Source: Vitrella brassicaformis CCMP3155 (lineage: Eukaryota > Protista > Chromerida). Taken from it: a stretch of DNA of 64,000 nucleotides. The first letter of the stretch is position 1, and each line of letters opens with the position of its first letter. The stretch is taken from NCBI GenBank assembly GCA_001179505.1, contig CDMY01000384.1, forward strand, positions 1 to 64,000, in the 5' to 3' direction. Positions 1-12,185 of the stretch are shown here, piece after piece. A model generated the notes under the pieces. The model had not been told where the DNA came from. It was given only the letters and a program-made list of their open reading frames with translations, and made no database searches. Made by a program: the position numbers and the translations under genes.

Positions 1-720
1 TCATCGAGGTAGGTGGCCTTGTTGACCTCGCTCCGCTCGACCGTCGCCCTTGCCCTCTCCAACCATTCCTCCCTATGGTCCTCCTCGGCAGCAGCAGCGC
101 CCGTGTCGTCGCGGTCACCTCGATCAGAGCCCCGCAGCGCCTCCTCCTCCTCCTCCTGCTGATCCAGCTCGTGGATCTCGGCCGCTTGTGGTGTGTGCCA
201 ACCAGCCATCCATCCATCCATCCATCCACCAACCCACTGACTGACCAACACGTACTGTACCTGCGCCCGGTTTGCCCATGAGTACCACCATCGTATCTTG
301 AGTGTCTTCCTGTGTTGCTCGATGATGTCCAGCTCTGACGGACCAATGGACAACACATGCCGTCAGAAATGAGGATGGTTTGTCACTGGCGAAATCCCAA
401 CGACACTCCTCACCGGAAGAATGTCGAGATCGCTGAGAAAGAAAAGCGTTGTGCGATCTTGGAAGAATCCGTCAGATATAAGATGTAGGCAGCAATCGAA
501 AGTGTGTCTCCGTATCTAATTGGGGGAGACACACATGATCGTATCCACCCTTCCATCACTTTGGCTCGTGTATCATCAGACGCTTACGTCGTACCCGAGC
601 TGTTGCAGCAGCGCCTCCTCCTCATCCTGATCCAGCTGGTGGATCTCGGCCGCAGTGCGAATCGCTCAGGGATGAGGAGGGGCGCCGGACTCCATCTCGA
701 TGTGCCAGCTGCCGGCCTCC
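1..720 (-). pseudogene. Frameshifted 5' paralog of the P-loop/kinase gene at 3514-6534 (runs off the window edge)
   Basis: Near-identical to about 5950-6440 (AEI..L.QDEEEALLQQLGYD exon, GPSELDI.EQH.KTLKIR exon, same intron positions). It has ATACGATGGTGGTACTCATGGGC (23 nt) where the other copy has ATACGCGTGATGGTACTCATGGGC (24 nt), which frameshifts the Walker A (GKPGAG). There is an in-frame TGA near 666 and a second AEIHELDQ segment near 100-185. Confidence 0.7.
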
Positions 721-1005
721 TGATACAGGTTGACCCGACCGTCAACGATGCGGGGCTGACGGCCGGTCGCCCTGATCAGCTGGCAGCGGGGTATTACACA
801 TTGGAGCAGAATCGCAACCTGTTGACACACACCACAGTGCAGCAAGATGATGAACGCATCCATTGGATCACTTGCTTGCTGTGTGCCCCATGCACGCCTC
901 ACGTGTTTGTTCGTCTCGTGGTTCCTTGCACTGAAGTGGAGCAGGTAGCCAAACACCTCCATGTACGAGTTGAACCCCTCAAACGCGCTGTGGGCATTGG
1001 GCTTG

Positions 1006-1076
1006 AGGCGCGGCTTGCGATGTTTGTGGCGGCGGGCATCCCTCTTGAGCTTTCTGATGGCCACTTCTATCCACAG
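1006..1076 (-). repeat. 71-bp segment duplicated in inverted orientation at 6594-6664
   Basis: The reverse complement of 1006-1076 matches 6594-6664 with 4 differences. Both encode LWIEVAIRKLKRDARRHKHRKPR. Confidence 0.9.
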
Positions 1077-1281
1077 TTCCTCATGGGAGTGGCGCCGACG
1101 TGCCATTGCGGCCGTCCTTTTCGTTGGTGGGGCTGGGCGGGGCTTGGCAGATGTTGTTTGTCACAGGCTGTCGCTCAGACGCTTAGATGCCGAATACGAC
1201 AGCACACGATGCACCCAACTCGCTGCAGATGCATCCGACGCGCGCCTCGGCCAAGATCGTCACGCGCTGGTCTCGAGACTA

Positions 1282-2290
1282 TCACCTGAGCCTCCGCACT
1301 CTGCAATGCAGGGTGGACAAATCGAGAAACCATCTAGGAATGTGTGTGCATCCACGAGTGTGAGTGACCTTGTTCTCGCCGAGTACTTTGTCGAAGTACG
1401 CTTGTGCATCCTGTCTCTGCAAGCATCGATCGGACACACACATCTCTGCAGGCCCCACCAGTGAAGTCTCAAAAAGAAATATCTTGCTCACGAATTCCTT
1501 GGCATCGGTATCGTCGCGGAACTCCATCCTATCCAGGTCGATCACCACCGGACGGCACTCTTTGGTGGGTCGACGTTGATGGCCATATTGCCTCCGGGAT
1601 TCGCCTCCGCTCCCTGAAGCAGACAATTGATAGCGTTCACCAAGAATGAACGCGAGAATGAGAATGGTTCTTTCGCTGACCAGCATATCAGTGTGCAGCA
1701 GGCCAACGCTATGCAGGTGGAGGAGGCCCTCCATGGCTTGCTTGAGGAGCGTCATCAGCACGTGCTCCCTTTCCTCCCCCAGCGCCTCAGCGAATCGCCT
1801 GTCTGCCAGAGTGCCCCCTGAAGGCGACGCAGACAGCAACAACATGCGTGTGTATATCCGTGGGCGAAAGTGCGAGCGGACCGTTGATGAAGGGCATCAC
1901 GGCCACCTTGACGGCGGCGTGAGGCGACCGCACCTTCAGAATGCGGGGGGCGTCAATGATGTTCTCGTGGCGCAGGTGGATGGCAGCAGCGACGTCCCAT
2001 CCGTTGATTATGAACCCATTCTCATCCTACAACACACACACACACACACACACACGGGAATTCCGCACTCACTCATGCAGCCAGCCCAGCCAGCCCCATT
2101 GTCACATTGCTTACTCGCCCTTCATCCGTCTCGTAGAGCTTGAATATCTTAAAGGCGAGGCGCTCCCCTGCGGCCTTATCATAAAGGACCTCTACCCAGC
2201 CGTGAAGCCCCTCCCTGGCTGGTGTACTGCTATCCACGAAGAGTGCCGTGCTCCTTAAAGCCTTACCCACCGCCCGCTGCAACAAACAGA
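1282..2290 (-). pseudogene. Atypical protein kinase-like gene copy, frameshifted
   Basis: Exons read EGLHGWVEVL..LAFKIFK, HENII..VAVMPF, HLHSVGLLHTDML/GAEANPGGN and VVIDLD, collinear with the kinase half of 3514-6534. A 4-nt deletion relative to that copy (GACCC-ACC vs GACCCCATCACG, near 1560) separates the catalytic loop from the DLD motif. Confidence 0.7.
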
Positions 2291-2329
2291 CACACATGAG
2301 AGAGCGAGAAGATCAGGAGTCGCGAAGAA

Positions 2330-2890
2330 GGGGACCGTAAGGCTTCACTTCGGCTTGATATCTGCATAAGCAAGAAAGAGACAGACCAGAAAGTGGAACA
2401 CAGACAGAGACACACATGTCCGTCCTTAGATACCGCGATGCACTGTCTGCCCGCAGTTGTCGCTGTGCAGGTGGACGATAGGCGCCGTCATCTGCCCGGT
2501 GATCGCGAGCAGCTGATCGATCGTCAGCTTGCGTCGCCCCAGCGGCCCCTTCTGTCTGCAGTACTCTTCCAATTTCTGCCCGCCCCCTCACGTAGTCGAG
2601 AAACAGCCGCCGGCCGATGAAATCGAGTCTGGCGCCTCCTGTGCGGCGTCAAACAGGCTGTTCTGCTCTTCTCGGTGGAACAGGTATTCTCCTGGTGTCC
2701 ACTCGGTGCCCACTGCCGAAGAGACCTGCTTGCATACGACGACCCTCCCCTCTTGCTTGTCGTCACACAACATGATGGTGGTGCGGTGCTCTTCATCCAC
2801 TGGTTCAAGCAGCGGCTCCTTGTCATCGAGTGGGGCAAACCGCTGTTTCTCCTCATCTGGAGTGAAGAGCCTGACTCCAGCCTCCTTGCA
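2330..2890 (-). pseudogene. Remnant of a canonical Ser/Thr protein kinase (subdomains II-VIb)
   Basis: Reads GRVVVCKQV (subdomain II), then after a frameshift GGQKLEEYC...LLAITGQMTAPIVHLHS..VHR, then a GT-AG intron and DIKP, giving HRDIKP immediately followed by K-stop. Confidence 0.6.
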
Positions 2891-3513
2891 CTCCCGCTGA
2901 CCTGCATTATGCAGCGTTATAAAATGCAGAAAGAGTCAGTCAGAGCTCACAAGTGGCGTCTCCCTCTGATGGCGTGCCGTCCGTGTGCTTACACTGCTTG
3001 TATACGAAGACAACCACCGCACGAAGTTAACGCTCCTTCCTCCTCTCATCCGCAGCGAGGCGGCCCACATTAGTCGTCTTGAATCCTTCGAGCCAATCGT
3101 TCAACGGCTTCTGTGTACGCTTCTCGGTTTCTTACACTGATATGCGGGCGCCGGTGTCGCCATGGCCGCTGCCGGTGGGTGTGGTGCATCGGCATAAGTG
3201 AAGACAAGCCTCACAGATATAAAATGTAGGCGGCGATCTGTACGGAACGACAGACAGGGATGCAGAGAGGTTATGACCTGAGAGAAGACGAGACGTGATA
3301 CTCTATGCTGGGGGCACAGGGCGAGGGAGGATGGATATCAGGGGCGACACACGGGGTGGGCGACGTCATGACAGATGGGGCGTGGATGCGATGGATGCGA
3401 CCCCTAGCCACTGCACACACGACACCTGAGAGAAGACGAGACGCGACACAGGGAGATACACCAACACTTCTCTCAACGTATGTGTGTCTCTCTGCTTCCT
3501 GGCCTACCTTGAG

Positions 3514-6500
3514 CTAAATGTATTTCCGCCAGCCCTTCTCCAGGTCCTTCATGGCACCGGTGGCGGCGTGTGGTTTCGGACGGCGGGGTGGGGGAGGGAG
3601 GGGCGGTCTGTTGAGACCGGTGTCGATCTTGGCCTTGGCCCCTTTCACCCTCCCTCCGTCCCACACCCTCCGCCATGCCCTCTGCTCCCGCTGGCGCAGC
3701 TCGTCCTGACTGGGGATGCCGCCCTTGCCGGTGTGGGCTACCCAGGACTGGCGGCGCTTCCCTTTGGGAGGGGTGGGGGCGGAGTCGAGGGACTTGAGCT
3801 GTGAGGGGTTAGGGATCGGCGCGAGGGGCAGGGAGTGGAGGGTGGTGGTCGCACTGTGGCGGTACTTCGGCAGCCAGAGGTCAACGATGTGCTCGATGGC
3901 CTGAATGCAATGCAGCCGAAACACCGACAGTCTACCCTCCTTGTTTGTATGTGCGTGCGTGTGCATGTGGAGTGAGGAAGCCCTGCCCCCGCTCACCTGG
4001 TCGGTCTGGTAAAGGCCGCGCTTCAGCCGCCGCACCAGGTCCGCAGCCTCCCTGGTCTGCAATACAAGTCGAACAAACCAAGCGAACCATCCATTTCACC
4101 CATCAAATTGGTGTGTGTGTGTGTGTGTGTCGGGGTGTGTGTGTATCTGACCTTGTGGTCGCCCAGCAGCTTGTGGAACACCTTTCCGAGCTCCCGCGTG
4201 TCGTCCTCCGCATCATCCTTCTGCAAGCATCCATTGTAAAACACACACATACACACACACGAGCCCATGAATGATCTACCCTCCAATCCTAGCTGACAGA
4301 GATATGGAAACATGCACCCTTCTTACGAAGGCTTTCGTGTGTGGGGCGTCCTCGTCCCTTTCCATGGGGTCCAGGTCTATGACCGCCAGCCGCCCCTCCC
4401 TCGTGATGGGGTCCACACGCAGCCCCAGATTCTCGCCTGGACACGCCTCCGCCCCCTGAAACACACGCACACAGACAGACATTGATTGATACAAGACGGA
4501 TCGATGCAGATATGTCGTCTTTGGCTTACGAGCATGTCAGTGTGTATGATGCCTCTGGCGTGGAGGTAGTTGACGGCCTGCAGCGCTTGCCGCAGCAGAG
4601 GCACGAGGAGGAACTGACGGTCCTCGCCCAGCCCCGCCACAAACCCAGAGCCGGCGAGAGTACCGCCTGAATGGATAAAGCAGGAAGAGACACATTCGCA
4701 ATTGGTGGACATTGCTGCCTCTCGGCCTTTGCGTACCGTTGCAGAATTCCATCACGACCACCTTGACGGTGGCGTGATGGGTCCGCACTCTGAGGATGTG
4801 GGGGGCTTTGATGATGTTCTCGTGCCTCACTTTGGCGTCGGCCGCGATATCCCACCCGTTGGCCACATACTGGTCCTGCGAATGCACACACACACACACA
4901 CACACAGACGTGCATCCATGCATGCCGCTAGCCCCATTGTGGTCTTGCGTACCCGCTCCTCCTCGGTCTCGTAGAGCTTGAATATCTTGTAGGCGTAGCG
5001 GGAGCGGTCGTGCGTATCAAAGAGCACCTCCACACACCCATGCAGACCCTCCCGCACCGGAACCGTCCCATCCACGTACACACTGTTGGTGTCGCTCTCT
5101 ACCGCCCTCGCCACCTCCTCCTGCACACAAAGGCCACAGACAGATGCACGAATGCACCGCTCATTGCCAAAATGCATCCGGGGCCGTACCCTCCATTGGA
5201 TGATTACATCCTCCCACTCCTCCCGTGTCAGGTGCCGGCGAAGCTGCATACAGCACCATCACGGAACACACAAATGCAACGGAATGCACGCTCCAATGAG
5301 GCGCTCACCGGCTTTCTCTTGCCGTTTGTGCGCACAGACGCCAGCGCGTCCTCCACGGCGACAAATCCTCTCGCTGACGGCATGCTGCAAGGGGGGACGC
5401 TCTGTGTGTCTGTACTGATCCATGTCTGTATGTCTGTCTGTCTGTCTGTTTCTTTTTGTGTGCGTACAGGCAGTTGTTCGTCTTGCGATCTAGGAACACG
5501 ACGGCAATCTCTCTCGCCGTCACACTGGCAAACCGCAGACAGAGAGAGAGATTGGGAGAGAGAGGAAAGGGGCTGCACGCATGACGTACCCATATTTGCC
5601 GGCGGCGGTGGTTCACACACGCCTGTCGAGTCGCGTGCCGTTCGGTCGGTCGATGATGACCCGCACCTGCCCTGGGCCGGTCTCCTCGAGCAACTCCTGA
5701 AGGTCTGCACAAACAGACAGACAGACAGACAGAGAGAGAGACAGACAGACCAGCAAGCCTTCATCAGTCCGATCGGCCAGCCCCCACCCCCGCCAGCCGT
5801 AGCGTGAGTGTTTGTATGGCCTACTAGCTACACATTCTTCGTCGTCGGTGGTCTTCTCGCTCATAGTGATGACCTTCCATCCACGCTCAGCAAACTCACG
5901 GGCGAGGTTCGTCTTCCCTGTGTTTGAAGACGCACACAATGAGCTGATTGACATGTGTGTGTGGTGTGTGCCAATCAGCCATCCACCCACCCATCTATCC
6001 ACCAACCCACTGACTGACCCACACGTACTGTACCTGCGCCCGGTTTGCCCATGAGTACCATCACGCGTATCTTGAGTGTCTTCTTGTGTTGCTCGACGAT
6101 GTCCAGCTCTGACGGACCAATGGACAACAGATGCCGACAAAGACACACGTCCAACGAAGAAATGAGGATGGTTTGTCACTGGCGAAATCCCAACGCCACT
6201 CCTCACCGGAACAATGTCGAGATCGCTGAGAAAGAAAAGCGTTGTGCGATCTTGGAAGAATCCGTCAGATATAAAATGTAGGCAGCAATCGAAAGTGTGC
6301 CTCCGTCTGTGTCCAAGAGAGACACACATCGTATGCTCCCTTCTATCATCAGACGCTTACGTCGTACCCGAGCTGTTGCAGCAGCGCTTCTTCCTCATCC
6401 TGCTGCAGCCGATAGATTTCGGCGGGGGTGCGGAATCGGCGGTTCTGAGGGGTGAAGAGGGGGCGGTTCGTCGAGCGGCTGCTGGCGCGACTCAGTGACA

Positions 6501-6534
6501 CTGGACGGCGGCGGATTATGTAGCGTACCCCCAT
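3514..6534 (-). pseudogene. Multi-exon P-loop NTPase (AAA_33/PNK-like) fused to an atypical protein kinase-like domain, with one in-frame TGA
   Basis: Spliced motifs: IRVMVLMGKPGAG/GKTNLAREF (Walker A), VRVIIDRPN (Walker B), EIAVVFLD, then EGLHGCVEVL, YAYKIFK, HENII, VVMEFCNG, YLHARGIIHTDML/GAEACPGENL and LAVIDLD. Basic C-terminal tail ends at 3514. TGA at 5613-5615 interrupts the P-loop frame. Confidence 0.7.
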
Positions 6535-7085
6535 GTTACAACGAGACACGGGTGCGCTCGACGCCAAGCCCACCACTCCACACCTGCCCACCGCTGTGGA
6601 TAGAAGTGGCCATCAGGAAGCTCAAGAGAGACGCCCGCCGACACAAACATCGCAAGCCGCGCCTATCTCCTCCTTGGAGGCGCCGCTGTTGAGGACGGCC
6701 ACGATCTCCTCCCAGGTGTGGGCGTCCTTCTCCTGCTCGCTTCTTCTCCGCCGTGAAGCATCCCAACCTGAGCTTCCGAAAGGCATCAAACGGCAAGAGA
6801 ATAACTTTCGCCTTACGGTCTGCGGCGGGCATTACCCCATGTGGGCAGTCTCTCACAGCCGATGCGCGCCCGAGGGAGAGGAGGAGGGTGAGGAGCCAGG
6901 TGAGGAGCAATTTGGATGAGGAGGAGGCTCAGCCGAACTGCAAAAGAGCAGAACAAACGAGAGAATGACGAGGACGTGTTGAAAATGAAGCGGGAACTAA
7001 CAGAAATGCGACCAGGAAAAAAGCGCGCCGTCCGTCTCCTGGCCGTCTCCCGGCGAGGAAGCGAAATCTCGCCGAAAAAACTCTA

Positions 7086-7094
7086 AGCTCGCAA
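7086..7094 (+). promoter_or_regulatory. Candidate core-promoter motif AGCTCGCAA (also at 25686, 39297, 42113)
   Basis: The same 9-mer lies in sense orientation shortly upstream of four + strand start codons. Function is inferred. Confidence 0.4.
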
Positions 7095-7101
7095 ACGCGC
7101 A

Positions 7102-8984
7102 ATGAGTTGGTTGGGCTGTTTGACGTATCCTGGCTTTGACGATGCGTGCCGCATCTGCCGGGATGGAGAGGAGTCCACCGAAACGGGTCTACTTATCTCA
7201 CCTTGTGGCTGTCGCGGCACAATGGGTAAGGCGGCATGGATCATCTCACGCGCCGCGCCTTGCCATTCTCATCACGTTAACGTTCCACTCCTCATGTGTG
7301 CAGGGTTCGTCCACACAGGCTGCCTCGAGGCGTTCCGACAGCAAAAGCTGCAGACAACAGGCAAGACGATGTGTGGTGATCTGCATGTGGTGTCTGATGT
7401 GTTTGCTGGTCTGCAGGTGAGCGGCCGACCAGCTGTGAGATCTGCAAGCGGTGAGGCACATAGAAGAAGGATGACCTGCTCATCAACCTGCGCTGTTGTT
7501 TCGTGTCAGTGAGTACGACGAGTATTGGCTGAGCGGTGCTCCACAGCAGAAGACAAGCCGATGGGACGCCCTTTGCCAGACGGTGTGCCTGTGGGTGGTT
7601 CCATTCGTGGCCCTGGGGGTCTTTGGCAACATCGTCACGCTTATTCCCACGCCATTGGTGTTCCCCTTCGGCGGCTCAGCGTTGGTGTACTTGATTTCCT
7701 ATCTGCTGGAGTGTCTGCTTGCCCTCCACCCACAGTGCCCCAGCGGCCGACAGCTGCACTGGGGCGTCCTTCTGCTGCTGGCATTCTTCTTCGGGGCCAA
7801 TGGATCGGCCTGGAGCAACCATGAGTCCGCCCTCTTGTCTGTTTGCGGCCTTGTGGTGCTGCTACCAATCAGCCTGAAGGCACATGACCACTTCAGAATG
7901 CACCGGCGGCTTCTCGCGATACATCGTGGCCAAGAGATGCTGCAGCAGGCCGGGCGCCAGCAGCTGTGCGTGTTCTATGGTTTCCTTCAGTCTTCCCACA
8001 CTTTGGCGGTGGCGTGCTATTTGTCGAGAGTGTTGGCGCTCATATCTGCGACCTTTGGCTGGATCAGCTTGGCCTCGTCTCTCATGGCATTGATGGCTGT
8101 GTGGCGGCATCGGTCGTCCATCGAACGGCACTTGGTGACCTACTTTTTGCCAGGTGAAGGGACACTAGGCTCCTCGCACAGATCAACTGGCCGTTATGTG
8201 TCTTCTCTCTGTCGGTCTATGCAGCACACTACCAGTGCGCCGCCTGCAGGGCGTAAGCAGCAAAAGACCACACACAAATTGATAGGTATCAGGCACTCAC
8301 CTTTGTTGTGTGATCAGCAAGCCGCCACAGGACCGCCTTTGTGCGAGGGACCCCCACTGGACGTGTTTCAGAGATTCTCTATGCACAGCGGCCTTATGTT
8401 GCCTCACCTTCGTCATCACCTCACTCCCAATATATGTGATGGTCGCCCCCGAGGCTCGGTCCTTCCCGTGGCTGGAGCTCTTCTGGCCGCTGCTGTGGCA
8501 ATGCGCCAAGCTGATTATCTGCGGCTCGACATTCATGTTCGGAGATTTTCTGCTTGGTCGTGTTAGTGGGGGTCGAATTCCAGAGTGGATTCTGGTACTT
8601 CTATTGACGCCAATCGGCATGTGGGTCGGCATGACCTGCTCGGGGCTGAGGATGGGCACGTTTGTGGCCGGTCTGACCGCCGCACGGCTCCCGGCCCTGT
8701 GTGCCGCCTTCGTTGCTGACGATCTCGTCCTCCACGTCACTGACCCCCGCCGGGCGTGGAAACGAGCAACACATCTGACTGAAGTCGCCTTCCAAGAAGC
8801 GAAGGCCGGAACAGCAGCAGTGGGCCTGCTGGGTGCCCTCTGTCTCACGTGTTGCCTCCTGGTAACATATGGTGGCCTGGTCTTCACGATACGCGTCGCT
8901 GGTGCGGCGTGCCTGGCGAGCATTGTGTCGGTTTGTGTTTATGGGATCGGCATGTGTGTGAAGATGTTGGTCGTGGATGCCTAG
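7102..8984 (+). CDS. RING-CH (RINGv, MARCH-like) multi-pass membrane E3 ubiquitin ligase
   Basis: CRICRDGEE...LISPCGCRGTMG/FVHTGCLEAF.../CEICK gives the C4HC3 RINGv pattern across GT-AG introns. It is followed by many hydrophobic segments and stops after KMLVVDA. Confidence 0.85.
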
Positions 8985-9369
8985 TATGTGATGTGTGCAA
9001 GCCCGCATAAGCCACTGCCGTCGACCCAAGACACTCAAGAGACAGACCTGGGTGAGATATGTATGCCATCCATATGTGTTGACATTCATCGTGTTTGGGT
9101 GGGGTCAGTGCATGCCATGCAAGCAAGAACCATGCACACGCGTTGTGAGAAACACTACAGGCACACCCATATCGCCGGCCGCTCCTAAATTGCATCTCTT
9201 CGAGAAGCCAAACGAAAAAACTCGCTCGCCTCCATGTTAGTTAGCCATGCGCAGTGCCTTACACACTTGTTCACACCCAAAAATACCTCACTCTCACCTC
9301 ATCACTCCCCACGTCTCCCCTCCCCTCCCCTCTAAGACAAGAAAAGTCGCCTTCTCTCTCTCGATTCGT

Positions 9370-11945
9370 TTATTCTCTCTGCCCTGGAGGTCTCTCCGTC
9401 CTGATGTTGCTCACCGCTCTCGGCGCCGTCATGGCCCCCCTTCGCCGCAGTGTGCGCTTCCGCCACTTGAGCGAGCGCTGTGCCGCCTCGCTCACACACG
9501 CCTCTGCCGTCACTCTGCCGTGTGTGGCCGATGGGCTGCTGTCGTCGCGTGATGCGGGTGACTCGGAGGGCGGGGAGGGGGCTGGCGCATCTGATGGCGT
9601 GTCGATGCGAGCAGAAGGGGAGGTGGCTTCTGCTGGGGGCTCGGCGGTAGTGACAGTGGCCTCGCGTTGGCTCTTCTGCGCCGACTGGGCCTGGCTTGAT
9701 ATGATCGTCACCCTGCCCCGACAAAACAGAGGCAGAGCGATGCATCGACCACGAACCGTGAGATGAATCGTATTGTCCTTCCCTTACTCCCTCCCTCCCT
9801 CCCTCCCTTCCATCCTCACCAGAAGATTGATACGAAGCCGACCCACAGCACGCGCAGGTCGGTCGGCACCAGCCCATAGGTAACGAGCGACACAAACGGC
9901 CAGAATTTGAGCCCCGCTATCACCAATGGAATCGCAGACGCCTTTATGGCACGCCAGATGACCGGCAACGGATCCAGCTGCACGCAACACACACACCAAT
10001 CAACCACACGAACGTCCACATCACACACATCCGTTGTCTAGACCATCTTGTGTATCTATCTGCCATAGTACCTCCAGTATGCCGAGATAGAGCACATAGC
10101 AGGCATTCCAGAAGGGCGCGAAGACGGCCCGGTCGGTGACGATCTTGCCCAGGGTGGTCGGCCAGTAGCTCTCCCACTGCAGCACCGCCTCGAAGAACAG
10201 ATCGTTTAGGTGGTACCACACGTGGCTGAGTGGTCCGTGCAGCAGGAGACCGGCAGAGGCGGAGCGAAACAGCCGAAGTCGGTCGATGCCAGCCAGCCCA
10301 CGGCCTTCATTCATCTGCACACGCGAGATGGCAACCAAGGAAATGTCTGGTGGTTCCCCTGCCTGTCTGCCCCTGATCTGATGAGTCAGTCGTTCGTTCC
10401 TTGCTCACCCACCCCCCCACCCACCTGAGCCGTCCAGTCCCCGATTGCATAGACCACTCCTGATGTGAGACCCTTGGTGACTACGGGGTCATCATGCAGC
10501 ATCCGCATGTACACATTCAGGTTGTCGAGCGGCGCCCGCATCAAGATCTCGCTCGTCGTCCACCCACGGTAGATGCTCTCATCCACACGCAGGAAGGACT
10601 GGGCAGTCGTGACGGCCATGATGGTGAGAAACACCAAGTTGAAGAAAAGGTTGACGAGCCTCTCCTCTTCTCTCTTGGTCGCCACGAGGCCCTTGAACAG
10701 CACCGGGGGAGGCTCCTCAATCGCAGGTACGGCGCCGACGGCCTTGAGAGCCGACTCATCGGGGAGCAGCACTCGATTGACGAGGGAGTCGATCTCAGCA
10801 TTGTACATGGGCCGCCAGTCGTTGGCGAGAAGCTCCCTTGTCATCGTGTCGTAGACATCTTCCTCCTTTGTCATGTTGCCCGACACGAAGACGCCGGTCC
10901 CATTGAACCCATCGCCATTGGTGGGGACAGTAAACGACCCTTCTGGCCCAAAATTAGCCTGCAGCAGCTGCCGGGCGATCTCAGCCGCTGACGAGGCAGT
11001 TGGTGCGGCACTGCTGGCCGCTTCATCGATTAATGCTGCTGACGGCTCCTCTTGCGCCTTTTGAGCGAGATAGCCGGCCACCACAGAGCCGAGCGACTCC
11101 GGCTCGTGTAGTCGTATGCTGACGGGCTCTCCGTTCTTGTCAAAACAAGGCCGTGAGCAGCGGGGGATTGCCTGGACGGCACTAAGGACATCCGGCTGGC
11201 CGCCTGTCCTCTGCATCGTTGGCACATCAGAGCTGGACACAAACTCATGGACGCCAGGGAGGCCCTTGGCAGCCAGGAACACCCTCAGCGATGGCCGAGA
11301 GGTGCCGTCACCGGATGGCTGCAGCAGCGCCAGGCCGCATCCCTCCAGCTTGGACTCGTCCTTGCACGCCGCCTTCATGCACGCCGATGGCCACACTGTC
11401 ACGAAGGATGCGAAGGCAGGGAAAGAGGCACCTCCTGGCTGCGAAGGCTGCACCAGAGTCAGCGGATGGAAGGCCACAGACATGCCCTCCTCATCAGATG
11501 TGGAGGGGCACGGAGTGAGTGGCCGCGGCCCTGACAGAGTCGACATAACGCAGCCGCCCCGACCCGCCGCAAAGGATTCCGTCAATGCGGTCTTGAGGAC
11601 GTCATCCACACATCGACTGAGGTCGGCAGGGTCCTCTTGCGGCGGGGAAGTGCCAGACGCAGTCGAGGGAGCCACACAGTCGGCAGCTATCTCCATGCCA
11701 GCCGCAAATCCTCCCAGCACGTCAGATAACGATGCATCAACGCCCTGGCCTTTCAAGAAAGTCCCAATGTGGCCATCGACGCGGTCAGTCAGCAGCTGAC
11801 TACTGGCTGTTTTCGTCGCTGCCAGGGGCTTCGTTCGCAGACGGGATGGCGACACTCTAGTGATGAGTGGCGGTGGCTGTGCTGGCGGGAGGAAGGCCTG
11901 CGACGCAGCTGGCAAGAGCGCCACGATGCAGCTGAGCGCATTCAT
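9370..11945 (-). CDS. Plastid-targeted Mpv17/PMP22 family membrane protein with a degenerate FBPase/SBPase-like N-terminal domain
   Basis: Signal peptide ending ASQA-F plus a transit-like region. C-terminal RAPLDN..Y...L.DDPVVTKGLTSGVVYAIGDWTAQ, RLFRS..G..LHGPLSH.WY, KIVTDRAVFAPFWN, AGLKFWPFVSLVTYGLVPTDLRVLWV match the plant plastid Mpv17/PMP22 subgroup. Confidence 0.85.
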
Positions 11946-12185
11946 CTTCAGCTGAAGGGCATCCTTCAAGTTGGTAATTGTTGATCGGATCTCTTTGCCG
12001 ACGTGCCCACGGGCATTATGCACACATCAGATGTATCAAAACCGCTCTCGTGAGATCCGCAACTCAGCTCGCAGCAGCTCGCCTTTTTCAGAGAAGCTGC
12101 TGAAAGGAAGAGAAGGGGCAGGCCGGCCGTGCAATCTCCGCTGTAGTCTTCCCGCTCGTTGTTGCGCTGTTGCATCTGCATATCG

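Noticed and set aside
3276-3443. 20-bp direct repeat ACCTGAGAGAAGACGAGACG
   Set aside because: Two copies only, in low-complexity intergenic DNA, with no associated element.
6753-6910. Signal-peptide-like ORF LLLTWLLTLLLSLGRASA on the minus strand
   Set aside because: It has no ATG start and no recognisable domain, and it lies in a divergent promoter region.
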